This document shows positions 40,199-50,263 of a stretch of 64,000 bases of DNA, in pieces (position 1 is the stretch's first letter; every line of letters starts with the position of its first letter). The notes under the pieces were generated by a model, which saw only the letters and a list, made by a program, of their open reading frames with translations, made no database searches and was not told where the DNA came from. The DNA lies in contig OZ242180.1 in assembly GCA_965205485.1 (NCBI GenBank), positions 4,064,001 to 4,128,000 on the forward strand, written 5' to 3'. The stretch is from Candidatus Latescibacterota bacterium (GTDB lineage Bacteria; Latescibacterota; UBA2968; GCA-2709665). A program made the position numbers and the translations under genes.

Positions 40199-41281
40199 TC
40201 ACTGCCGCCCCGCCGCGTCCTCCCCGGTTACCCGCACGCGCGTACGGGACCGCAGCGTCTCGTAGTTGCTGGTAATGAGGCGCTCGCCCGGTTCAAGCCC
40301 TTCGAGAATCTCGACCTGCTCCGGTCCCTCCAATCCCAGCCTTACGTCGCGCATCTGCGCCCGCCCCTCCTCCTCGACGAACACCACCTTGCGATTCTGG
40401 CGCGTCAGGACGAAACGTCGCGGGATCACCACCGCATCCTCGTGAGACTCTGTGACAATCTCTGCCTTCACGAACATCCCCGGCCGTAACATCAGGTTAG
40501 GATTTTTCACCGCCCCCACCACCCGGAACGTACGCGTCGCCGGATCGATGGCCGGGTCGACCACCTTGACGGTCCCCAGAAACCGTCGGTTGGGCAATGC
40601 GTAGTTCTCCACGCGCAAGACCTGCCCCGGTGAAACGGATACAATATATGCGTTCGGAACCTTGAGATCGACGAGTACCTGGTTGTAGTCCATCACCGTT
40701 GCAATGGTCGTGCGGGCCTCCACCATCGTACCCTCGGTAATATCGGCCAATCCTGTCAGAAAGCCGGTGATTGGCGTCCGAATCGTCGTCTTGGCGATCT
40801 GAACGAGAGCGTCTTCATAGTTGGATTCGGCCTCGGCGAGGGCCCGGCGCGCTTCGTCCAGATCCTTCACCGTGCTCAGTTTACGGTCGACAAGAACTTC
40901 CTGCTCGCTCAATGTTTGCTTCGCGACGGCGCGCGCAAGATCGCGGGATTCCAGACGGGCGTTTACGACAAGCTCCTTGTTCACAAGCCGGGCGATTACC
41001 TGGTTCCGGGTCACCCGCATTCCCTCCGTCGCCCGTCCTCCGACGCCCCGCGCCACATATTGGATAATTCCCTCGACCTCGGTCTGAATACGGGCTTCTC
41101 TGAAGGGCCGGAGCGTGCCCGTGGCCGCCACCGTCGCCTCCATGGTGTCCAGATGCACCGCCTGAACCGTTACGGGGACGGTCAGATCCACGGACCGCTG
41201 TTCGGTCTGCCCGCCGCATCCGGCCAGAATGGCAACAGCGGTGAATACCATACCATAACCGATCAGGACTCTTTTGTTCAA
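40199..41281 (-). CDS. RND membrane fusion protein (periplasmic adaptor), lipoprotein
   Basis: Lipobox LAGC, 'IRTPITG', 'DPATRTF.V', 'LRPGMF', 'GLEPGE'. Confidence 0.93.
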   Translation of the reverse strand: MNKRVLIGYGMVFTAVAILAGCGGQTEQRSVDLTVPVTVQAVHLDTMEATVAATGTLRPFREARIQTEVEGIIQYVARGVGGRATEGMRVTRNQVIARLVNKELVVNARLESRDLARAVAKQTLSEQEVLVDRKLSTVKDLDEARRALAEAESNYEDALVQIAKTTIRTPITGFLTGLADITEGTMVEARTTIATVMDYNQVLVDLKVPNAYIVSVSPGQVLRVENYALPNRRFLGTVKVVDPAIDPATRTFRVVGAVKNPNLMLRPGMFVKAEIVTESHEDAVVIPRRFVLTRQNRKVVFVEEEGRAQMRDVRLGLEGPEQVEILEGLEPGERLITSNYETLRSRTRVRVTGEDAAGRQ

Positions 41282-41325
41282 GTTTCACCTCATAAAAGGG
41301 TTATAACTCGCTGTTCACCATTGGA

Positions 41326-44300
41326 TTACCAACCTCTTCCACGCGTTTGTCCTCCGCCGCTCCGGCTGCCGCCCCCTCGCCCCCCGCGGTCGCCGCCCCG
41401 ACGGCCCCGACCGAAGTTCCACGTCGGAAGATCTTCTTCATATACCTCTTCCGGGTGGTCGGGATCTACGTACCTCCAGCGCACCGCATCGGCATAGAGG
41501 CGCCCGTTTGCCCGGTCGGACAGTTCGACACGGGCCAGCTCACCTCCCTCGAAACGGTACCGACCCATCACGTTCCAGCCGCCCTTGAGCTTGTCCGCTT
41601 CGACCGCCAGTGTATCCACCTCGCCGCCGTGGCCCACCGCCAGACTGAATTCCGTGGCCATACGCAGACGCCTGGCGAACCGGGGTTGAACGAAATAATA
41701 GTAGACGTCGTAATCCCCGCTGTGCGGCAAGCGGGCCGTCCAGACCGCCGGTTGCGCGCCGTCGCCGGGTTTCTTCCACCTGTAGTTGGTTTCATACCGG
41801 CCGAAAGAAAATGGCATCTGTCGTTCCTGCCAGTTGTCCCCTTTCAACTGCGGTCGGAGATAACGCCGCACCCTCCGGACCGGCATTTCGAAGCCTTCGT
41901 CGTCATTGTCCACGATGATCTCGGTCAATCCCGTCTCGTCTGGGGCGACCTCTCTCACGTAGGTCGTGGCGGAACCGTCCATCGGCTGCTCGGGTATGCG
42001 CAGCGGCGCCATCAGGACGCGGCGGTTTCGTGCAAAAAACGGCTCGACGCTGATTCTCGAAGGCCGTTCCCAAAGGATCAAGCCCACCTCCACTTCCTGC
42101 CCGCCTTCTATCTCAACGCCCTTCAACGCCTCGTCCTCGCTCCCCATCGCTCGAATCTGGACGAATCCGCGCCCCGGCTCTCCGTTTCGGATCCGCACGA
42201 CGACCTGATACACCATCATCCCCCACCCATCGTCCACTTTGTACGCCTTTGCCCTGGTGAGCGTATATCCCGGTACCTGGGTGCCGTGCAGCCAGTCTCT
42301 GACGAGGCGATGCAGGTTGGGTCGTTCCGCCCGGCTGGAGGAATCTCCGACAGCCGCACGTTCGAACGACTCGAAGTTGACTGCCGCGTGCCGGTTTGAC
42401 TCCTCGAATCCGCTGACCACGTCTCTGAACGTTTCGTCACCCACCACGGCCTGCATCATCCCGAACATGGAGGCGCCCTTGGCGTCGACGACCGCCCGGT
42501 AGAGTTCCGCGTCGGCATCCGGATCCAGCTCAGCAAAGGAACGCTGACGCATCTTTGACGTTACCGTATCCCACGAGACGCCTCGCGCGCCCCTGTTGCG
42601 CCGGAAAAGACCCCGGAACCTGCCCCGCCGCGAATACAGGCTTTGCTGCAGGCTGGTCTCGAGATGTTGTTGAATATGGACGGGCATTCCGCGCTTGAGC
42701 AGGGAGTAGTGTTCGCCTTCGAAGCCCTGGTTGAAGGACCAGAGGTGCGCCACCGGACTCCGGTAGATGCCGCTCTGAGACGATTCCCGCGCAAGAAACG
42801 TGCGCAGAACCGCGCTGACCAGCAGATCCCGCTTGATCCTCGCGGGGTCGTCGTTTCGTCGCCGCCGCCGCTGCATCCATTTCAGGCGCCGCTGCAGATT
42901 GAGCCGCATCAGCACGTCCTCTTCCAGCATCAGCACGCCCGGCTGCACGAGTCCACCGGCTTCCTCCCATCCGTCGTAATACCATTGTACCTGGAATGGC
43001 ACTTCCACAACCGACAGGCGTTCGTAGGGATAGGCCAGGCCGGTTTCCTGTTCAACGCTGTCCAGGATTTCGCCCAGCGTTTCGAGGGCGTCGTCCCTGG
43101 CGTCTTCGAAGAAGGTGACCTGTCTGGCATGGGCCGGATGAACGTAAACGGCGCATTGGATATTATGGATTTCGGCCTGGAAGACACGGTAGACGCCGGC
43201 GTTGAGCGAGAAAAAAGGTACAGGGCTTCGCGCCTTCCACGAATGGACCTCCCGATCGCCCTCCGCCTTCCGGCTGACCGGCATCCCCTGGGTTATAACC
43301 TCAAGTCCCGCGGGAAGAGAGATATCCAGATCCGCGGTGGCGAAGGACACGGGTCTGCCATCCTCGTGTCCGTAGTCAACGCCCGGCGAAGGATACCACC
43401 TGCTGCGGGGTGGGAGGAATACGGAATTCCCGCGAATCCAGGCGGTCAGATCGCCCTTTCTGCCCGGCCCCGCGCGCCGCTTCTGCAGACGCCTCGCATC
43501 CGGATGGCGCTTCAGATCGAATCCGCTGAGGTCAATCGAACCGTCGTATACGAACGCCAGCGTCGCCGTGCTGTCAGGCTGGAGCGTTCGGGCGACCCGC
43601 ACGACGGCGGTTTCTCGCCGCCAGTTCACAGCAGCGTCCACTCCGTTTTGCACATTCACGGATCGCAGTCTCAAACCCGGGTTGAGACTGAAAACCAGCG
43701 TGTCGAGCGGAACGGAATGAGGGTTGGAAACGCGCAAAACCGCAGTGCCCCGAAGGGGCGTCCGGTCTGACGCAAGGTCCAGGTCGAGCGTGTAATGCGT
43801 TACCGCCACGGTTGGCTGTCCGGCGTATCTCTCATGAACTTCCAGCTGCGCTGTCCTGTATGCGATGTCCGAGGCGTCGCTGTTTTCAATATACAGGTAG
43901 AGGCCCAGCGCGGCGACGAAACCACCGGCAGTCATACACCGGCCGAACCTGCGCCAGGCCCGGGACTGAGGCAGCCGCGGATACCGGTCGATTGACAATC
44001 CGAAGAAAAACAGGGCAAGCAAGGTGTAGAAGAACCGGAGTTCCACGACGCGCCGAATATCGCCGAGACCGAGCATATCCGAGTAGAACACCGGGGCGAA
44101 GAATGCGCCGAAGTCGTAGACGCCGCCGTATCGGCGTCCGAGGAACAGGAGGACGATCAGCACGTACGCGATGGTCAGCACGGTCACCGCGGCCTGCCGG
44201 CGCAGCACCGCCCCGAGGAAAAACGTAAGGGCGGACATGTAAATCAGCCCCGGCAGGTTCAGCAGAAGCAGGTACGTCAGATAGGGTCGAATCGTAAACG

Positions 44301-44724
44301 GGGCGCCCGTAATGCTGATTTTGGCCGCCTGCACGCCAAGGCTGAGTACCAGCACGATCAGGCTCAGCGTTATCAGGGCGCCCAGTACCCCCAGGTATTT
44401 GCCCATGACCAGTTCGGCGGTAGACAGCGGCCGCGCCGCAACCACCTCGTAGATTCCCGCACGTTCATCCGCCGCCCTGAAATCTCCCACAATAAACGCG
44501 ATCACCACGGTCTGGAGGAGACTGTAGACGAAAAAGGGCATATAGGCGCCGATTCCGCTCACAGATTCGAACTCGACGCCTCTGGATTCGGCGATCGCCA
44601 CGCCGATACCCAGGACAACGGGAATGAGCACGCCGATACCGCCCAGGATGCGAAACCGGATCGTACGCATCAGCATTTTGCGCTCGTATCTGGCTACAGA
44701 CAATATGGTGAAGACCGTATTCAT
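41326..44724 (-). CDS. ABC-2 permease fused to an M1-aminopeptidase-like domain and a golvesin/CBM-like C-terminal domain
   Basis: N-terminal TMs with 'RPLS..ELVMGKYLG'; M1-like 'YPYERLSVVEVP'; C-terminal 'GW..MG.Y.F...YADAVRW'; RGG tail. Confidence 0.75.
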   Translation of the reverse strand: MNTVFTILSVARYERKMLMRTIRFRILGGIGVLIPVVLGIGVAIAESRGVEFESVSGIGAYMPFFVYSLLQTVVIAFIVGDFRAADERAGIYEVVAARPLSTAELVMGKYLGVLGALITLSLIVLVLSLGVQAAKISITGAPFTIRPYLTYLLLLNLPGLIYMSALTFFLGAVLRRQAAVTVLTIAYVLIVLLFLGRRYGGVYDFGAFFAPVFYSDMLGLGDIRRVVELRFFYTLLALFFFGLSIDRYPRLPQSRAWRRFGRCMTAGGFVAALGLYLYIENSDASDIAYRTAQLEVHERYAGQPTVAVTHYTLDLDLASDRTPLRGTAVLRVSNPHSVPLDTLVFSLNPGLRLRSVNVQNGVDAAVNWRRETAVVRVARTLQPDSTATLAFVYDGSIDLSGFDLKRHPDARRLQKRRAGPGRKGDLTAWIRGNSVFLPPRSRWYPSPGVDYGHEDGRPVSFATADLDISLPAGLEVITQGMPVSRKAEGDREVHSWKARSPVPFFSLNAGVYRVFQAEIHNIQCAVYVHPAHARQVTFFEDARDDALETLGEILDSVEQETGLAYPYERLSVVEVPFQVQWYYDGWEEAGGLVQPGVLMLEEDVLMRLNLQRRLKWMQRRRRRNDDPARIKRDLLVSAVLRTFLARESSQSGIYRSPVAHLWSFNQGFEGEHYSLLKRGMPVHIQQHLETSLQQSLYSRRGRFRGLFRRNRGARGVSWDTVTSKMRQRSFAELDPDADAELYRAVVDAKGASMFGMMQAVVGDETFRDVVSGFEESNRHAAVNFESFERAAVGDSSSRAERPNLHRLVRDWLHGTQVPGYTLTRAKAYKVDDGWGMMVYQVVVRIRNGEPGRGFVQIRAMGSEDEALKGVEIEGGQEVEVGLILWERPSRISVEPFFARNRRVLMAPLRIPEQPMDGSATTYVREVAPDETGLTEIIVDNDDEGFEMPVRRVRRYLRPQLKGDNWQERQMPFSFGRYETNYRWKKPGDGAQPAVWTARLPHSGDYDVYYYFVQPRFARRLRMATEFSLAVGHGGEVDTLAVEADKLKGGWNVMGRYRFEGGELARVELSDRANGRLYADAVRWRYVDPDHPEEVYEEDLPTWNFGRGRRGGDRGGRGGGSRSGGGQTRGRGW

Positions 44725-45626
44725 GATCCTTGCACCCCTGCGTCCCGTTCCGGATTCTCCATACCCATGAAATACACGTACGCGTCTTCGAGGTTCGGCG
44801 GAACCGGTTCGGAGTTTGCCGGCGGCTGGCCATCGCCCACAAATCTGAGGTCCATCAGGCCGCCGTCCACCGAGATCGTCACGACCAGAAACTTCCGGGA
44901 TATCGATTCGAACTCGGCGTCGTCCGCCTGCAGGCGCCACGTCTTTCCATCGGCGCGATCGACCAGTGCCCCGGGCGATCCCCTGTAGACGATCCGTCCT
45001 GCATTCAACACCGCCAGATCATCGCAGGTACTTGAAATATCGCCCACGATGTGTGTCGAAATCAGGATGGCCCGGTCTCGACTCAATTGGGCAAGGATTC
45101 CCCTGAAACGAATGCGTTCTTCCGGATCGAGTCCCACGGTGGGCTCATCCACAACCAGGATTTCCGGATCGCCCACAATGGCCTGTGCAATCCCGAGGCG
45201 CCGCATCATCCCCCCGGAAAATGTGCCGGTCCGGCGGTCCCGCACGTCGTAGAGCCCCACGTTCTCCAGCGCATCGCGCACGCGCCCTTTTCTGCCGTTC
45301 CGTCGCCGTCCGGCCGCCAGCCGGTCCATATAGTCCAGAAACTCCCACGCCGTCAGCTGTGGATACGAACCGAAGTGCTGGGGAAGATATCCCAGACTGC
45401 GACGAACTTCGGAGCGATTCCGCTGCAGGTCCCACGCTCCCACGCTTACATGGCCGGACGTTGGCGCCATCTGAGTTGAGAGAATCTTGATGAGCGTGGT
45501 TTTTCCCGCGCCGTTCGGTCCAAGCAGCCCGAAGGTCCCCTTGCCGATCTCGAGGTCCACGTTGTCCAGAGCGGGCACGGTCCCCTTTGGATAGATTTTC
45601 GTCAATCCGGTCGCAACGATACGCAT
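44721..45626 (-). CDS. ABC transporter ATP-binding protein
   Basis: GPNGAGKTT, FSGGM, VVDEPTVGLDP, STH, 'PNLEDAY'. Confidence 0.96.
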   Translation of the reverse strand: MRIVATGLTKIYPKGTVPALDNVDLEIGKGTFGLLGPNGAGKTTLIKILSTQMAPTSGHVSVGAWDLQRNRSEVRRSLGYLPQHFGSYPQLTAWEFLDYMDRLAAGRRRNGRKGRVRDALENVGLYDVRDRRTGTFSGGMMRRLGIAQAIVGDPEILVVDEPTVGLDPEERIRFRGILAQLSRDRAILISTHIVGDISSTCDDLAVLNAGRIVYRGSPGALVDRADGKTWRLQADDAEFESISRKFLVVTISVDGGLMDLRFVGDGQPPANSEPVPPNLEDAYVYFMGMENPERDAGVQGS

Positions 45627-45639
45627 TGCCAGCCCCTTG

Positions 45640-45826
45640 GAAGTTGTTTTAAAATTACCGGCGAGTTCCCGAGCGCGAGCGAAAAAGTGGCGGTCAAGGG
45701 GGAAAATCCGCCCAATTTTAATGTATCGTGGCTGCGCGCCCCTCGCCACTCTTGGGTGGATTTGACCAACGCCGACCGGCGCTTTTGCAGCCGTGCGAAG
45801 ACCGCTGGCAATTTTCAAACAGCCCC
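45640..45826 (+). mobile_element. MITE family 1, copy E (right TIR degenerate)
   Basis: GAAGTTGTTTTAAAATT ... AATTTTCAAACAGCCCC; internal sequence shared with copies B and D. Confidence 0.8.
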
Positions 45827-45943
45827 TTATCCGTGTTCCGGGGGAAAACCGTACACTGTGCATTAGACCGGTCAGCGGCGAAGATCGTTCCGCAAGGATT
45901 CGCTGGGGATGCGTGGGGAACCGCCCATTTGCGGCCGATGCAT

Positions 45944-47191
45944 TCAGGGGTTGTCCGATTCCGTTGACGAGACGCGACCCACGCGCCGTCCGGCTGTCAG
46001 TTCCACCTTGACGTGGCGCGCATCCAGCTCGGGCATTGCGGGGCACGGCAACACGTGCACCGTTTCCTTCGGCACCGCCTGAGAGACGATTTCCGGGAAC
46101 GCCGCGGCGGTTTCCGGCGAACTGACATAGGCAAACGCCAGACAGATTTCTCTCCGTGTAAGTGACAGCCGTTCCAGGACGGTTGCCAGCTGTTCCGCAA
46201 CCAGTTCCGCCTCCCGGCGCGGGTCCGTGCCGCCGGGCGCCCGCAGCTCGCCCACCTGGATCAATTCCCAGCCCTGGGCGCGGCAGCGGCGAATCCTCAA
46301 GGCGCCGTCATCCGGGATTTCCGAAGGAATCCGCGTCTCCGAGTGCCGCACCTCGTTATCGTTGTCGGGCAGGACTCCCATGACCTGTATTTCCGCGTAC
46401 AGGCGGGGCGGATCGCCGAAACACCGGCTGTCCGACATCATCACCACGGGTCGCGGACGACCTGACCAGCGCCGGTTGACTTCCTTACGGATGAGGCGCG
46501 CGATCCTCGTACAGTGGGCGAACGGACGGAGACGCACGACGTCGCTCAACGAGCCGCCCCCCTCCTCGAAAACGTCCTGGATGAGGTCGAACACGTGCCG
46601 GATCTGGCGTTCCGGTTGTCCTTCGAACAGCGGATTGATGCCGTCGTCCCATGCCACTACGCCCGACAGATGGATCTGGCGGGCGCCGCCGAAGCGCGTC
46701 ACGACCGCGGGGGCAAGCGCCATGAATTCGGTATCGTACAATGACTCCGGACGCCAGATGGCCTGCTGGAACGCCGCGCCGGGTCTTGGCACATAACCCA
46801 CTGCCTGGATACACGTGGAGAGGCGGGTCCTCGAATGCGCCCAGCCAAGCGTCGTGATCGCGGCGCGATACCCGCGGCTGAACCGGGCCCGCCGTTCACC
46901 GCGCATGTGGGTGCCGTCGTACCGCTTGTTGTGCAGAACCGTCCATTCGGCGAAGGAATCAAAACCCCCGCCAGACACGGTGGCGACCTCCGTCATCGTG
47001 TCGCAGAGCGCCACATTCTGGGATTCGGACCATTCGTCGCGCAATGCCTCGCCCGCTGCCTCCGACCATGTTGAGCCCTGGACGCCGTGGTCGGGCAGCT
47101 GCAAACCCAGTTGATTGAGATCGATACGCACGGCGTCGCCCCAATCCGTGTGCCGGACCCGCATGTGTCGCCGTACGTCCGGGTGAGACAT
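45944..47191 (-). CDS. Multi-domain Rid/YjgF-fold protein
   Basis: Central 'IHLSG...QIRHVFD.I..VFEEGGGSLSDVV...AEIQV' Rid-like domain; AAGGAG RBS before the ATG at 47191. Confidence 0.55.
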   Translation of the reverse strand: MSHPDVRRHMRVRHTDWGDAVRIDLNQLGLQLPDHGVQGSTWSEAAGEALRDEWSESQNVALCDTMTEVATVSGGGFDSFAEWTVLHNKRYDGTHMRGERRARFSRGYRAAITTLGWAHSRTRLSTCIQAVGYVPRPGAAFQQAIWRPESLYDTEFMALAPAVVTRFGGARQIHLSGVVAWDDGINPLFEGQPERQIRHVFDLIQDVFEEGGGSLSDVVRLRPFAHCTRIARLIRKEVNRRWSGRPRPVVMMSDSRCFGDPPRLYAEIQVMGVLPDNDNEVRHSETRIPSEIPDDGALRIRRCRAQGWELIQVGELRAPGGTDPRREAELVAEQLATVLERLSLTRREICLAFAYVSSPETAAAFPEIVSQAVPKETVHVLPCPAMPELDARHVKVELTAGRRVGRVSSTESDNP

Positions 47192-47265
47192 CAGTGAACT
47201 CTCCTTGTGCCGGCACCCTTCGTGCGCAGCCGGAAAGACCGTGAACCGACGGGATCGGTGAAGGC

Positions 47266-48603
47266 TCAACTCCAGGGGAACGGACTGTTGGATACCGGAT
47301 GGAGCCTTCCCTCGGCATAGCGGGAAAAGCGGAACGGCGCCAGCAGACGCGTGGACTCGCCGAGGAGTTCCTCGGCCACCAGCCCGCCCACGCCGATCAT
47401 CTTGTATCCGTGATTCGAGTCCGCAATGAAGTAGCAGTTCTGGTGAAACCGGTCGAATACCGGGAAACTGTCGGGTGTAAACGCGCCGATGCCTCCGGAC
47501 GGCTCTTTCTTGAAGAGCGATGACTTTCCTTCAAACCGCTTGTGACAGAATGCCAGTGCGGAACACCACTGGTGTGCGAACCGGTCTCCGACGATGAAAT
47601 CGGGGGACTCCGGACCATAGGGATCCACCGCCACCTCGTCCGGCGGTCGTTCCACCCTGTAAGGCATCGCCCCCCCTTGTACACCCCCGAAGTGGAAATC
47701 GGGCTTGTAATAAATGCCCCACAAACGATCGGTAATCAGCGAACCGTCGACGTCCGAATACAGCGGCGCATCGGTGTCGAGATGAATCACAGGGGGCATG
47801 CTGCCGTCGTTGGTCTTGAGATAGTTGGGGTCGACGCCCAGCGTACCTTCCTGCAAACACCAGTAACTCCACATCGGGATATCGTGGTGCATCGTCCCGT
47901 CCGGACTCTTTATGCTCACCGACGCGGGCAGACCCAGCATATCCCAAAGCAGCTTCGCCCAAGGGCCCGCTGCGATAACGACCTCGTCCGTCCGGATCAC
48001 GCCGCGATCCGTTTCCACCGCCGAGACAGCCCCTCCGTCGAACCGGAATCCGGTGACCGTGACGCCTTCCAGAATCCTGACGCCCTCGTCTTTGGCCTTG
48101 TCGGCCAGGCCCGCCATCGACGCGCGATTGTTGGCGTACCCCCCTCGTTTTTCGTGAAGAACGGATGTGATTCCCTTCGCCTGCCAGTCGTGAAACAGGC
48201 GCCGCATATACTTCATGCAGTCTGCATCGCCTTCTATAAACTCCGATTCGTAACCGATCTCGCGCTGCTGTTGTGCGATGTTGGCGACGTCCTCATGCAT
48301 GGACTCGGGGCTGATCTGCATGTAGCCGACGGGATGGTAGCTGAACGCCTCCGGATCGGTCTCCCACAAATCGACGCTGTGCGCCATCAGTTCGCGCATG
48401 GCCGGCTGGAAGTAGTTATTGCGGATGACGCCGCAGGCGATGCCGGAAGCGCCCGCAGCCACGCCCTTCTTGTCCACGATCAGCACCTCGGTTCCGGCAA
48501 CGCCCCGCCGCCTCTTCAGCTCCTTCGCCAGGTGATAGCCGGTACTCAGACCGTGAACGCCGGCGCCGATAATCAGATATGGCGTATGTTCGGGTATGCG
48601 CAT
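47266..48603 (-). CDS. FAD-dependent oxidoreductase (DAO family; N-methylglutamate dehydrogenase A/sarcosine oxidase beta-like)
   Basis: 'IIGAGVHGLSTGYHLA', 'GASGIACG.IRNNY', 'FTPDSFP', 'NHGYKM'. Confidence 0.8.
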   Translation of the reverse strand: MRIPEHTPYLIIGAGVHGLSTGYHLAKELKRRRGVAGTEVLIVDKKGVAAGASGIACGVIRNNYFQPAMRELMAHSVDLWETDPEAFSYHPVGYMQISPESMHEDVANIAQQQREIGYESEFIEGDADCMKYMRRLFHDWQAKGITSVLHEKRGGYANNRASMAGLADKAKDEGVRILEGVTVTGFRFDGGAVSAVETDRGVIRTDEVVIAAGPWAKLLWDMLGLPASVSIKSPDGTMHHDIPMWSYWCLQEGTLGVDPNYLKTNDGSMPPVIHLDTDAPLYSDVDGSLITDRLWGIYYKPDFHFGGVQGGAMPYRVERPPDEVAVDPYGPESPDFIVGDRFAHQWCSALAFCHKRFEGKSSLFKKEPSGGIGAFTPDSFPVFDRFHQNCYFIADSNHGYKMIGVGGLVAEELLGESTRLLAPFRFSRYAEGRLHPVSNSPFPWS

Positions 48604-48647
48604 GGTTGCCTCATATCTACAACGCCTGCGTTCACGCGTCTAAAACG

Positions 48648-50248
48648 CTAGTATTCCATCCCGGTGTAAAATTCCTCCTCCACCCGGGCCGCCACGACCG
48701 TCAATTCCGGTTTGGCCAGCCAGGCCTCTCCGGTCCGCCGCATTTCCTCCAGTGTCGTCACGGTCACCCCCCTTGCGCCGAAGCCTTCAGCCACCCTCGC
48801 CCAATCCACCGGTAGGAATTCCACGCCGCGATACGGGATGTTACGCATGGCCTGGGCGACCTTGACAATGGCCAGGGACCGGTCGCACATCACCACGAGC
48901 AACGGCCGCAGCCCCAGCCTGCGCGCGGTTTCCAGTTCCTGGACCATCATCGCGAAACCGGCGTCGCCGAACACGCCCGCCACAGGCTGATCTGGCCGCA
49001 GGAGCGACGCCGCCAGCGCCGACGGCAGACCGTAACCCATTGCGGAAAGGCCGTTCGACGTCAGGAACCTCCCCGGCGAGCGCGGCCGCCAGACCTGCGA
49101 AACCAGCATCTTGTGCGCGCCGACGTCGACAGAAAGAATGGTTTCCGCGGGTAGCGTTTCGCGTATTTCACGGATCAGATGAAATGGCGATAGTCCAATT
49201 TTACCGGCTTCCTCATCGGTACGGATCGCGTCCGCGACGCCGCGCCTGGCGTTGCGGATTTCGGCGGCCTTCCACAGCGGGCGCGCCTTGTATCGCGTCA
49301 ACAAGCGATCCAGCAAGACTGTTAGGTCGCCCACGCACTCGGAAGCCGGCCTGAAGTCGCCAAAGGCAATTGAGCAGTTGGCCAGAGCGTAAACCGGCTG
49401 GCGAAGATGCCAGTCCTGCGCCGATTCCACCGGATCGAAACCCACGCCCAGGATACAATCGCTCCGCCTGATCAGATCCACGAGAACGGCGTCACCCGCG
49501 GCCGATGCGACCGTGCCCAGATAGCCCGGTCCGAACTCATCGGGAATTCCCTTTGCTTGCGGAAGCACGACATAGGGAATCTTGGACTCGGAAAAGAACC
49601 GGCGCACCGCGGCCGAATCCCGACGGGCGTCAAGTGCGATGCCGACCACGCCGACCGGACGTTCAGCCCTGTTCAGCGCCGCCGCTATCCCGTCGAGACT
49701 GCCGCTGCACGCGCGAGTCGGGTCGGGCGTCGACGCGCCCTCGCCGGGCGCCGCGTCGGCCACGGCGACGTCATTCGGTATCGAGAGGTATACCGGACCG
49801 GCGGGCGCCGCGGTCGAAACCTTCAAGGCGGACCGCACGGTCGCCTGTATACCTCTCCTCTCCAGGGGGACGGACCATTTGCAGACGGGATCGAACAGTT
49901 CATTGAGAGGCAGATTCTGCTTCTGGCTCGCCCCGGATCGGGATACCAGGCTGCGCGCGGATATGGCCAGTATCGGGTCTCTGTCGAGATACGCGGCGCC
50001 AACGCCCAGCACCAGATTGCAGGCGCCCGGGCCAAGCGTCGCCAGGCAGACGCCGGGCGTCCGCGTGAGACGCCCGACCGCGCTGGCCATGAAGGCGGCG
50101 GCGGCCTCGTGGCCTGTCAGTATGAACCGGATTCCGGACTTCTCCAGCGCGTCGATCAGGTCCACAACCTCGCCGCCGGGGTGGCCGAATACGTACCTTA
50201 CCCCGCTTCGTGCAGGGACTCCGCGACAGCAGCCGCACAGGATTGCAT
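48648..50248 (-). pseudogene. Thiamine-diphosphate enzyme (acetolactate synthase-like), frameshifted near the N-terminus
   Basis: ATG at 50248 gives MQSCAAAVAESLHEAG*, and the other frame continues VRYVFGHPGGEVVDLIDAL...HE...GDAGF. One G is missing from the run at 50201-50204. Confidence 0.8.
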
Positions 50249-50263
50249 GGACTCGAGGGCTCC

